A DNA stretch of 64,000 nucleotides from Laetmonice hystrix (lineage: Eukaryota), in assembly GCA_965235115.1 (NCBI GenBank), contig OZ249441.1, forward strand, positions 31,496,001 to 31,560,000. Direction: 5' to 3'. Numbering within the stretch: position 1 is the stretch's first letter; each line of letters opens with the position of its first letter. Under the pieces are notes generated by a model. That model was not told the origin of the DNA. It made no database searches and saw only the letters and a list, made by a program, of their open reading frames with translations. Positions 52,007 to 64,000 of the stretch are shown here, in pieces. The position numbers and the translations under genes are program-made.

Positions 52007-55000
52007 GCCATCTATAAATTAATCTAAGAGCCATGAGGGGCACGTAGGAAAGTACGAGCTACAGCAGAAAGAGCTCCCAAATGTCATATTAGTTTGGTGT
52101 TTCTGTCCGGTCAAAGGGTCCCCTTATTCCAGCGTAAATCGATACCCATGCAGGATGTCAAAAATAGGTCGTCTGATCAAAAAAATAACACGTCATACAT
52201 GAAATTGCCAAAACGTCGCTACATCCGAATAGTATCACAAAATTCGATAAGGCATTCAACAATATTCTAACCCGGAATAGGAACTATAATTAGGTCACGT
52301 TCGAAATGTTATCATCAATTGAATGTTTCACTGTACGCCGTCTGACAACACTTCCACTCGGATGATTTTTCATGATACCATCAAACAATCTGAAATGCCA
52401 GTTTCCTTATCACCAACAAGCCTTATGCTGTTATCTTCCAACCCGTGTTCGCTGTCTCGGTACATGAATCTGTCGCGATAAGGACAAGAGTGGCGTACGT
52501 TGTCCTCTCTGGACGAACGTAACTGTCGTGTTGTGACGTGATCCTAGGGCATGATTTGGCACAGGTTTCAAGCTCACGTCCATGGCCCAGCTTTGTTCTT
52601 GCAGAAAGCACAGCTTTAGAGATGCAAATTTCCATAGTGTGTGGCATTACCATATCAATACTACTCCCTTCCCTATAATAAGATCCGATGTTCCTGCATT
52701 CCATAAGTGGGCACTTAGAGAAATAGTATTGAATTTCGTGCCTAGTTTCTTTCATCATTCACAATCCACGAATGTGATAAACAGGAGAGGTATCTGTGAA
52801 TCCCGCCAACTCAAGGCGGACGAACATGAAGGTAATTACATCTACCAATTCACTGTTGGTCTGGGCAGTCTTCGATTATTCAAAGCATTATGTCTGGTTT
52901 GAATAAAAGAAAATATCGTGTCATTTTAAATTCTGCAATATGTATGGAGCAAGTCTTCTCAGTCTACAAATCATCGGAGCCTGACAAATAAAACAATGAA
53001 AACGATGTGTTGTATGTCGGCTGAGCACTGGAATAAATCCATGTGGGAACAGGTCATTGATTACATTCTCATTTCTGTAGACCGACTTGTTTCTTCTTGA
53101 AGTAAGGTTTTCCATTCCTTCACAATTATCGCCAATAGAATCTCGAATACATCTTCTCTTACATGGGGATAATCGCAACCATTAGACCTAATGTATCTAT
53201 ACATACATTTTGTTACAGGTCTTCGTGGCTGTCATATGATTAATGTGTACAACTACATATTTTATGTTTGGGCACTTTCATGCAAATAGAAATAGAAAAA
53301 TAACAATGAATGTGCTTCTCTGCCTCATGACAATGCAACTCTTAACTGGGCTGTTCTTTGAGCATTGTACTTCTATTTCATAGTGTATAGATCATCTTCC
53401 TTGTTATTACGACCTGGAAAAGACATGTCCCTGTGCTGCTTGTGTAATGATGTACAGCAGCCTCGAATTGCTTGTCGGTATTGAACACAATTGTAGTTGT
53501 CAGGAGTCTCAGTTAGAAAAAGGCAACTGCATCCTCCTGTCTCTTCGGTTGAAAGTTCCCGGCGATGTATTTCTCCCGTAGATAAAACCGGACCCCGTTA
53601 CCATAATTAAGTAATACAACCCTGACATACAAAAAACTTCTGTACAATGGAGACGTCGCATCCATGTTTACCGGAAGTTAACACAATATTTTCTGTATCC
53701 GATCGAGTTCGTTATAAATCTTCCCTTCGAAAAGTTCAACATTTATATCGATACGTCCAAAATGCTTTTGAAGCGATATGTCAACACGTATCCTGTCTCT
53801 TCCGACGCCGAGGAAATCGTAAATGTTAGAAAGCCAATTATCCGTATTTGTTGGATTGTGATCCTTCCTGGCAAACAGCTCAAGCTGCTATAGAAACCAC
53901 AAACAATACATTATTGATACATTATAATGGATGCAATTAGTACTGGCTATGGAGTGATCATATCCCCAGGCAATAAGCTATCCTTTATGTCCATAGAAGC
54001 ATTCCTAAAAAAACTACTAGACGAAAATTAGATTGTTACTGATCATCAGCACATTACGTGATGGATAATCTTCTCATATATCGAATTACGCTATAACCAT
54101 CGACCACGCAATTCATCTAAAACAAATTTATTATTAAAATGTATATTTTTTTTACACCGATTATAATTTAGATGACCTTTCAATCCATCCAAACTCTGCT
54201 TGCCTGACAACGTTTGGTCATTATTGCATCATTCATATATTACACACCATACCTTATTAATATGTTTATCCCCGTGTTCATCACTGGATAGGCACGGTTT
54301 GTTGGTTGCAGTACGAACTGCCCGGTCGTTCTCGTGATAATAAAGCCTTCACCAGCCTCCCCAAGGGCCCCAGTGTACTGTCCAGGCCGCAAACTCTTCA
54401 TTAGTTAATTAACACAATCATTCTTGATGTTTCATAATTGAACAAATTATCTCACTTTAGCTGATAGTAGGGAGACAACAGCGATGCTTTCATGCGCTTT
54501 GTAATTAACTCACGCGACGACCACATTAATATCCTGGGCCCTCCAGGCCGTAGGTCCCAAGTACCAGTCGGATACACTATATGACATTAACATCAATATC
54601 TGGCCGGACCTTATATTACTACTCTCAAACAATATAAGTCTGCGGAGTAGAGATCTCTGACCGGCACGGAGATAAGATGAGGTCCTGTCAGAATTTAGTA
54701 TCCTAGAGAAGAGCACTTATGCTGCAGGTTGGGAGACATTACATTACTGAATACATAAACACTCCTTAAACACATGTTAAACAACTAGTCCCAAAATTCT
54801 GTTGCTAAAATTCAGGAAATATTGAAAAACACATATGCCTTCCTGATATTTCATTGATTCGTAAAAGGGAATAATTTCTAAGCTAGTCAGCGCCCCGGGT
54901 TGGGGATTACTTGTATTTCAATTTCTATTTAAAACATTCCAACGGACATAAATGAAATATATCCCCCGGATAGGTTTGTATACCGAGATGATGTGCTGGT

Positions 55001-55371
55001 CTAACGGCCAGGCTACTGCATACCTCTTACTGACAATCAATCGTCATAATGTTTCCTAATGAACCAGCTGCTGCTCGGTAAGGCACAGCCCTTTACTCCC
55101 GACAACAGAAATCTACACAATATCCATGGTTATTTTCTATTGATGGCGACAGAAAAATGAATAGAAACTTCAGGGAAACCACCGGTTAAACCATTTGCAA
55201 GACGGCTGCAAGATATAATACTGTTGAATGGTTTATTTTATATAACTGTGATGCATCTGCAAGTGAATGTCAGAGAAAGTATGTCAGATTCATCCTTGCG
55301 TGACTTTATGCCTCGGTTCAGGTCTCCTGACCTCAAAACTTGCTCGCATTATCGTCATGTCACCTTAAAAT

Positions 55372-56110
55372 GTGGTGGCCGAGGTTCGGTTTTGCCCGAA
55401 TACTTCCGCTAATGAGGAGCTGGCATTTTTGTTCACAAATCATCAGGCGATTCAAATCTCTTTATTGTGTTCTAGTGATCAATTACCACTTTTCTTCCCA
55501 AAAACATATGATGTAGTGTTTCAATGTTATCTAATAGCTGTGCTACAAAGCTTGCACATGAGCCGATTAAAACCTGGCATAAAGGGAGGAACCGACTGGG
55601 CCGACACCAGTACACGGCACAATAAACATGAAGACAGACACAGAACAATCTCCGCATGTGGGGACGTGATGTTGAAAGATTAAATTAATGTGATTGTATA
55701 ATGGCAGAATCGTTCTCTCTGTCGGCTTTACTATCGAAGCAAATAACAGGGAATTATCATGTTGATTTTTTTTTGGTCCGAGATGTTGCGGTGTGGAAAT
55801 GGCATAATCTTCCCCAGATGCTATATGCAAATCAGAGTGTGTCGTTTTGCATCAGCTTATGTCAGCACTCAACTGTCTACATTTGAAAACAAATTAGTAT
55901 ATCTCTTACTGATAGATATGTTCTTAAACCATCAGGAACATGTGTGTAGTGTGATCGGGGAGATTCATATGTGTCTGCCTGCTTTTGTAGGTACATCTGC
56001 CTCTGCGCACGCTTGCTAATACGAAAAGACAGCAGAGTGTCCCACTCAGGAGCGGCATACGAGTTACGGCATCCCCTGAATCCTTGAATCGGTGTCCCAA
56101 GCATGCTCTA
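55372..56110 (+). mobile_element. Decayed LINE (CR1/L2-like) reverse transcriptase
   Basis: One frame from 55372 to 56019: RFCPNTSANEEL (GFRP.RS..QL), FFPKTYDVV (DFSKAFD.V), GIKGGTDW, *QGIIML, RVCRFAS (RLFADD), MFLN...CSVI. Spacing is RT-like. Confidence 0.55.
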
Positions 56111-56364
56111 CAGCCGTGGACACACTGAATGTTCCCCTCAACCTGTTAAACAGCGCTTATCCTAAAAACTACATAGATATATAACCAGGTGGATTTAAGG
56201 TCCGACCTTAAACCTCAACCCTTCCCACTCCAATAAATCACAATATTGCGATAATGCTGTATTGTTTTGTAACAAAATCTAGAGACACAGTATATGGGCT
56301 GTCCCACAATGAGAATCTTTTGCCATGCAAGCCTCTAATAATGAGTCTTGCTCTTTTTGGGATG

Positions 56365-56406
56365 CCCCCCCCCCCCTCTTAGTTTCAGGACCCCCCCCCC
56401 CCCCCC
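56365..56406. repeat. Paired poly-C tracts (C12 and C16)
   Basis: C12 at 56365-56376 and C16 at 56391-56406. Other tracts are G10 at 1715-1724 and C12 at 36518-36529. Confidence 0.9.
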
Positions 56407-56929
56407 GGGCTTTTCTGTTCTCATCCTTGTTTTTCACCCCCATAGAGTATCCTCACAGGCTGTACATGTAGGCATAGCGTTTTGTTGCAAAATACATTAC
56501 AGTGTCTGGATAGGTCGATCCAATCTCTCACATTTGACTACATACAGGGAACCTCCACAGCTGCACAAACGAAGAGGCCAATAATGGACAGGAGAAAACA
56601 CTGCTGTGGGGCGAGTATAATACTCTGAGCATGAGGAACCAATTGAATATTGCCATAACCCCGAAGAATCCGTAAACGATTTCACATGGCTAACCCAGGG
56701 TGGAGTTTTTGAGATATACTTTGGGACTGAAACAAGACATATTCCGGGGAGAGACATTGCAGGAAAGGCCAGAGCGAGGCGGGTGGGAATAGAAAGCAGA
56801 CCAAGACAATCTGTATCATAACCATGACAGCCCCCTCATTCCACCTCAAGCCAGATTCCGTTTTTAGCAACACTAAAGAGAGTTGCTCCTAGTGGTGTAC
56901 AGGTTATCGGGGACAGGGTTGGAGGAAAC

Positions 56930-57570
56930 GTCGACCAATTCACATCATCAGTCATCGAAGGCATGCGGCTGGTGTTGACGGCTCGGCCGATGCCTTCCTG
57001 GCTTGTGACCTGAGCCGGGCAGCACTGGAGAGCCCAGATATCAGGCAGCATCGCCATGGCTTTCAGAAATGCAAGAGAGCCATATTAGCAGCCAGTAGCA
57101 TTGCGGACAAAATCCAAAACCCACCTGGTCCAATTTGATATGCTGGCTCATAAATACACAGTTTGGTACGCTCAGGGTATTTGGCAGGCATACTTCATTG
57201 CCACATCCATCCTGCATTGCATTTGCAATTATTATCCATGACACGATCCCTTGTGACCCAAGCACATGGCTCACCATTGCTTTATGTAAATGGCAGACAA
57301 TGACGGCCTTTCTCTCCTGTACAGTTGCCCCCAGGAGAACTATGGGGTATCTGACAGATACGTAAAGGTCAGATTCATTTTGACTAAATGTGCTTCAGGT
57401 ACATGTAAACACGACTTAATACAGCTACCCTTGTGGTGAGCCTGTACAAGATAACCGCATGTGCCGGTTGGTATGGGGGAGAAATCAAACTAAAAGCCTA
57501 ACCTTGTCGGGACCCCCCTGCCCAAGTCATTTGGCATCTCCATCGATCAGGAGACCCGAGCAGGGTCCAC
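56930..57570 (+). mobile_element. Decayed LINE reverse transcriptase
   Basis: Same frame: RRPIHIIS (56932), RHGFQK (57055), HPALHLQL, YVNGRQ*..PPGELWG (57286). Next frame: HDLIQLPLW and KSFGISID. Confidence 0.45.
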
Positions 57571-60529
57571 ACAGCATCTTGAGTAGAGAGCCTGAGTGTG
57601 CTGGAGCTATGCTGATGTATTAGCAATAGCAGAAGATGACATTTGTGGAGGGGTGTTATGACCAGGGAGGGGGTTCCTTGTGGAAGACTGAAGGGCCTGA
57701 GATAATATGGTGCCGAGCTAGCAGACAGCAGCCGTTCTGATGGACATCTCTGTGGGGTCGGCGACCAGGGATGCTGGATGCTGCATGACCGTGACACTTG
57801 TCATTCCAACAACCTCACAGGGCAGCTGTGAGAGAAGTCATTACAGCCAGCATTAGGTCCAACCGACTGTTCGTCCAATACTGCAACTAGAGCAACGAGT
57901 GGCTTGGGCAGAAAGTAATTACCTAAAGGCACCAGTGGCAGCTGAGTAAGACCGGCTGTGTAGCCAGAGGGCACGCGCCAACCACTGATAGGCCCAAAGA
58001 CTGTGCCAGGAGAAAGCCAGTTTGCACCTCCTTAGCTACTTATCAGAACCCCCTCCTCAACAAAGCCAATCTTGACTTCTGCAAAGATCCTGCATTGCTA
58101 GATAACACTGGTCCTTAGTTTTCAACATCGCAAAAAATACGAAGGGGTTTATTTTGGCATCGCCTGTTGGTGCACTCATTCGACCACTTCTAAGACTGCG
58201 AGCTGATATATCATATACCCTTCACAACAGCTATACCGGTATTTACCTTTCTGGGACTCTGCCATATACATCCTTAATTATTCAGAGCTGTTTTATGCCT
58301 GACTGATTCAGCAAAATACATGCTCCACAAATACATCTCATAATATTTGCACGATACATATCAGCGCATAACATATTTTCCATCACTTCCAGATCGATGC
58401 ATCGCAAATATATAGGTGAGAATGAGTTATGAGTACATGTAATGATTATTTGGTCCTGTGCAATAATGTATGTACAAAGGCGGCAAACCTCGAACATCCA
58501 TATATGCACGTGTTCTGCTGTATACATGCATGCTCTCAAAGAAAGCGGTAAAGACATGCCCTTTTTAAAAATAGGTTTTTGTTGCTTCATTGAACGATTT
58601 TTATTTTTTATTTATTCATTTTGTTAGCGGCTCACCTCAGTTCCTCTGTGGCTGGCATCCCCCAGGCCTCTGCTGTACATTCCTGGTTGTGGGCTTTTAC
58701 TCCTCTGCCGCCCCTACTACACTACTCCATATCTAGCGCATAGAGCACGGGGCAGCCTCTGGTCCATGTGGAAGGTGCCAGTCGTTGCCACCACCACCAC
58801 GCCACAACTCGATTGTCACAACCATTTGTTGCCAGCCCTGAGGCCGGAGGACATTGGGGCCACAGCTCGAAGTATCATCACCTTTCTAAACACCATCCGC
58901 GGGCACGGCACCGTATTAATAAACCACGCCGGCAATCATCAGGGTGTGCAGAACCGATACTATAGTATTCACAGTGGAAGAAGTAGCAGTAGTAGTATGC
59001 AATAGTAGTAGAGACCTATACAGACAGAGACATAGAACACAACCAGGCTCCGCAAGTACTCCAGGAGGTTGGGCTATCACTGCTTGCTCCTCAGACACAC
59101 TACGCTCATGGTGCAGTTTGCCGGAGGAGTGCGGTAGAGAGGCAGACCAGGATGCTAGTGCCTGGCCCCCAACATGACACTGCCGAGTAGTCTGACGTCA
59201 CAGGCACAATCAATTCACGCTCAGATCCGCCGTGGGTTCCCGGCGCTGTTCTCGCAGCCTCTCATCTCATCCTGTGCCGAATGAGGATAAATCTGTAGAG
59301 AGCTGTGGCACATTAACATAGCACAGAGCGTCAGGCTTACACACTGGTACCTCACACTGTCAGGGCAAGGTGGTACATCACCAAATGCCTGCCTCCTGCC
59401 CACCAAAGGTAGAGTACTGAAACGAGAAGACGCCAGGGGGAGACAGCGATGGCGGGATGCCTAGTGGCCGCCACCGTATATGTACATTAACGTGACTCCC
59501 AGCATCATTCGAGCCAGCCTTTCAGCGCTGGCCACCTGCAGATCGTCTTGACCCTCACAGGACGACTTGCTGGTGACTGTCGTCGTGCCCGAGTAGGCCT
59601 AACACAGGCTCTGGTGGATTATCAGCCACTCTGAGAACTGTGATAATAGCCTTCTGAAATCGTGCTGTCTCCTCGTCCATCAGGAAATGCTGACTCTCCT
59701 AGGCACATCATGTTACATGCTGATGCACACAGGCACACCCCAAGTTTTCAGGAACAGCTTTTCCCGCGGTGGCTCTACCCTCGAGACGTTACCTACATGT
59801 TAACGTTAAGGCTGCCGCCTAACATGAGTTGCCAGTGTAAAAAATTATAATTATCACGAATTCAGAACTATGAATGTGTCATTGCACTGTCATATGAGAA
59901 TCCGTATTGGGGGTGTTCAGAGCAGACCTGCCTGTAAAGAAAACATGATTGAGCTTGGATACAAGTCGGGGTATGTGCGGTCGCATTCGCAGAAGGCAAG
60001 GTTTGTTACACGTGGACCCAATTATGGCAAGGAGAATTGTGAAACAAAACATAACAAAACAAAATAAAAATAAATAAAGGACAATTTGCGGAGTCAATGT
60101 GAAGGGTAGTGTCATGGTCACCATTGATTTGTGCGGGATCAAGTGTACGGTCACGGCACGACCAAACCTTTTGTTATGCGAATAGTTTTCAATTAGGACT
60201 TTAACAATTGTAGTTTCAATTAGCACTGTTACAAAAACACCAAACAATAATACGGTCTTGCAGCGCATGGTCAAAAGGACTCGTATAAAAGCGGCGACAA
60301 CGTCAGGCAAGAATAAGCAAGCTTTTAATCCCCTCAGATTCGTTAAAATTACCGAAATGTAAAGCACCAGCTATGGTGAGCTGAACGAACTTAATATGTT
60401 ATTGCCTGCGGATACATGCACTGGTGAGGTGTCTCCCAGGACGACATTGATTCCTCTGGTATGAATCTTAATCCACCTCCAGTATCAGTTAACACCGCTT
60501 TAATATAACAGAAGATAGAATAAATGTTG

Positions 60530-60860
60530 CACTGGTCCTGAGGGAACTGGCGGATGCTTGGGTGGAAGTGAACATTACCAGCCTGTTGGTGACGACAGTC
60601 GCATGCATCATTCACGGTATCATAATGATCACAATGTTAAAATGCTGGCTGCCGATCAGAGTAATGTACGAGATGTCAACTAGGACCTGACCGTCCTGGA
60701 GTAATGGATGTACAAACTCCTGCCGCCATCCTCAATCATATCATCGTAATAAACATCTATTCTTAATATGATGCACCCCCCAATCCCCGCTGTGGGGTAT
60801 ATCATTCCAACCGTTCACGACATATTGATCTTGGGGTGAATTTCTGATACCATCTGATGT
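60530..60860 (+). mobile_element. Decayed LINE reverse transcriptase (domains 4-7)
   Basis: Single frame: TGPEGTGGCLG, YHND, VKMLAADQ (VKLFADD), *DLTVLE*W, ILILG*ISD. Confidence 0.5.
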
Positions 60861-62512
60861 ATACAGTAATAATATTGGGGACCTTATTCTCAGGATCTGT
60901 CCTCAATTAACAAGGAGACCTCATCGCCCTGAACCCAGGACAATCCAACACAACGGGAAGTGAAACAAGTGTCAATAATAAGACTGTATCTTACAGAAAC
61001 TAATTCTACCCCAAGAGAACGAACATATATCTTACAGGAACACCTAAAGCTGTCAGATATAGTTAAAGTTAACATTGGTGTGGTAAAATAATATCAGAAT
61101 AAATATGGTATTTAAAATATAAATTCTTCTCTGGAGTTTTGGTTTCAAATGAGACTAAAGGCTACCTTCCCAGCAACAACCCACCAAAGAAGAGACCTAG
61201 TTTTCCCCTTGATATACTTAGGGGCGTTCAGAATTCAGGATTAGTTCACCCGTCTCCTGAAGTAAGACCAGTTTAAGGGAAAGATGTTCAGTTTATGAAC
61301 ATTGTCTCACTCCGAGTGGATATTATCCATCATAGCTGGCTTATCAGAAGGCTTCCCTCGGCTGCTAAACACCAGTCCATCTTCATCATATCTACTTCAG
61401 TCCTCCTGATTTCTCCAGAGCTTTTACACCATTCACTCTACCACGCTAATATTGGCGAATGTCAATTCTGAAGAGTGCTGAATCCAAAAATGATTGAAAG
61501 AATAAGGGGAAATGTATTCATGTCATCCACATCTTATAATTATGGACAGAATTTCGAATCATGGAGTTCGTTCTGAATAAAGTATTGAAAGCAGCTCATC
61601 CCAATCGTTATGATCATTCAACTTAAACAGAAGTTTAGAAGATGTAGATTACATCTTGAGAACAGTTCACATTCTAACCTCTATTCCGCAGCTGACTACA
61701 TTAGCCTATATTTCTAATGATACGAATTGACCTTCTGTCATAATCGATAGAAGGGCAATATTTCACAGCAGACGCCATAACTCTCAAGGTATCACAACCT
61801 TCTTTGATGAGATGGCCCATCAGATTGTGGCTGACAGGTTGTGCCACGTGACAGACACCCTCCGTTCCGGCCAGAGAGCTCCTTTGGTTGAACTCAGGTC
61901 TCTGATAACTTAAAGGCTACACTCCACAGACAGGACTGGTGCTGGGATTACCGCTGTAAATGCCTCCGTCAGTTTCAACAAGTAAAGATTCAAAAGCACA
62001 CCGATAGGTTTCTTGCCCTGCCACCTGTTGTTTTAAAGCTGCTGCTACTTTCACAGGAAAGAGTCAGAAATTTAATATATACAATTTCACTATGTAAAGG
62101 GAAAATATGCTTTTGTTACTTTTATTCAAAATTACATCTTTAATAGTCGATTATTGTGTATTGACAAATGGTTACAAGTAGTCTTACAAAAGACGTCAGA
62201 ATGAAGGAATCTCGGCAGCCTGTCGGCTGCCATGTGTCAACCCTTGCGTCTTAAGTTTGGCTCCAATACCTCTGGGTCAACCATGCCGGTGAGGATCTGA
62301 AAACTGCGGATTAAATGTTTTTGCCTTTTTCCTCCCTCATATTGAATTTGGCTTTTATCAAAAAGTCTTATTTTAAAATGTCAGATGTGTCAAATTAACA
62401 TTTTATTTAGGAAAACGACTTGAAAAGGCCCATATTGCGTCAAATCTGACAAGCGTGTCAGGTTTCTCAGGAGCATATTTGAATGCAATATCCTTTTTTC
62501 ACCTTCTTGCAG

Positions 62513-62541
62513 GTCAAATGCTGGCCTTCATCTCTCAAAAG
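62513..62541 (+). other. Candidate 29-nt internal micro-exon
   Basis: Polypyrimidine tract TCCTTTTTTCACCTTCTTGCAG, then GTCAAATGCTGGCCTTCATCTCTCAAAAG, then donor GTAATA. Confidence 0.25.
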
Positions 62542-64000
62542 GTAATATATGAAGTGAAGAATCTATTTACCGTACTAACCTACGCACGCAATCGTGGTTT
62601 AGCGTTTGTGTTCATCAAATAATACCCAATCACCACTCGAGGGAACCGGATAATCTTATAACCCAAAACCGCTCGAGATACTCCCTCAATTCCGCAGCTA
62701 TTTTAAGCCTAACAATTGTTTCCCATGTTTGCTACTGCAGCAGATCCAATAAAGTAAAAGATAAAGTAACTGTCTTCTGAAGTCTAAATATTCTTTCCAA
62801 AATATATTTGCTATCCTATTCGCTTGAATCAAAACTTTTTTATTTCATATTCTATTTCAGTTTATTTCTCTTTAGTACTTAACAAAATGAAAAAAGGACA
62901 TTGGAGTAATGGTTGCGCCCGCAATTAGAACTAAGAAGGACGCTCATAAAATTCCGTGTTTTATTTGCCATCCGCATGGAGCCCAGAATACGAAAGAGGC
63001 TTCTTTCTCGAAGTTAAGGGCCGGTGGTAATCATTTGATTTACAGACGAGGGTGCCATGCGACAAGTGAAAGCGAATATTGTGTCATGATCATGAGCACA
63101 CTGACTGCTATCGGTTAGTGGATCATGTCTCGCAACAGTTTTTGATTTAAAAAACCGAACAGGCACTATGTTTTAGTACGTCTGTGGTGAGTCTCACACA
63201 GGCGGAGCATCCAGGATTACGGAAAGTGGGAAGATGTTCTATAGCAACACAAGAACAAAGTACGATATCCTCCGTGATTTGCCTGCCTATCCCACTCAAC
63301 ATTTGAAGTACACCGGCAGTCCTGATGGCGCCCTGTCCGGCCGGCAGGACTGTATCAATGTTACTGGCTGCTCGTTATCCATCACTAGGTGGCAGCACTG
63401 GGGCACGAACAACAAATACCATATTGTCGGACGCCGAGAGAGGAATGTGCCATTGAGTGGATACTGCTTGTACGCCATATTCTTCCTGAATAATTGAATT
63501 CAAGACTAAATATATTGGCGTATTGAATTTATTAATAAAGCTTTACTGTATCTACTCTGAGAGGCTGCCAATATCAGAATTTGTTGAGTAAAAGATATCT
63601 GCGAACCTTCCTATCGCTAAAAATATTTACATTTCTCAACAATAATTGGCGATTCTGATCCAAAGAATGGAACCAGTTTGTAGGTCGACCAATTTATACC
63701 ATCCCCGATTAAATCCCCGTTTTATTTATTAGAGAAATTAACAATTTTCCGCAGGCTGTCATCTTTAATTTTTCTGACCTACAAATCTTCTTCTTTGATT
63801 TCTTTGTTTTCGCCCACGTCACACTCACGATTCAATTCACTGGGAAAGCTCTCCGATTGCAGTATTTCATAAGGACCTTCTTCAGAATTGTATAGGTTTC
63901 ACGTCATATCATGATTACATAGCATCTCTTATCAGCTTTTTCTTCCCACAACAATACAAACTGTTCTGCGGCTCTTCAACAAGTACACATTCACAGCTGA

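Noticed and set aside
58766-59005. SDR-like VLINHAG
   Set aside because: No Rossmann or YxxxK motif, and the flanks are low complexity.
59879-60367. 162-aa hydrophobic ORF as a membrane protein
   Set aside because: Hydrophobicity derives from the complement of A-rich low-complexity sequence, and there is no family motif.
62214-62231. GGCAGCC-tgtc-GGCTGCC hairpin as a Helitron 3' end or terminator
   Set aside because: No CTRR shortly downstream and no U-tract.
1-64000. Large DNA virus or prokaryotic genome
   Set aside because: No long or densely packed ORFs and no recognisable viral or bacterial genes.

Overview
This looks like eukaryotic, probably invertebrate animal, non-genic DNA dominated by transposon debris; the taxon is an inference from TTAA-flanked MITEs and long G/C homopolymers. 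I find no intact protein-coding gene (longest ORF 215 aa, itself a transposon fossil), and no rRNA, tRNA or CRISPR array. There are two age layers. The young layer is non-autonomous TIR elements with well-preserved ends: three TTAA-flanked AG...CT (Kolobok-like) elements, one a 401-bp near-palindrome, plus a small MITE at the window start. The old layer is heavily decayed coding fossils: a DIRS1-like retrotransposon with RT-RNaseH-MT-YR motifs in order (about 27.1-30.0 kb, minus), a second tyrosine-recombinase element (about 18.5-19.75 kb), about ten LINE RT/endonuclease fragments, and a 2-7.5 kb cluster with SF2/RecQ-helicase, ADRGF-type DDE transposase and YqaJ-like motifs. There are also two minisatellites, several hairpins, an E-box/CRE cluster and a few candidate host exons. 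All protein-family calls are by-eye motif and spacing matches through stops and frameshifts, not database results, and need HMM confirmation. No novel system is firmly supported. The best leads are the helicase+nuclease+transposase cluster and the orientation switch of fossils near 34.5 kb.
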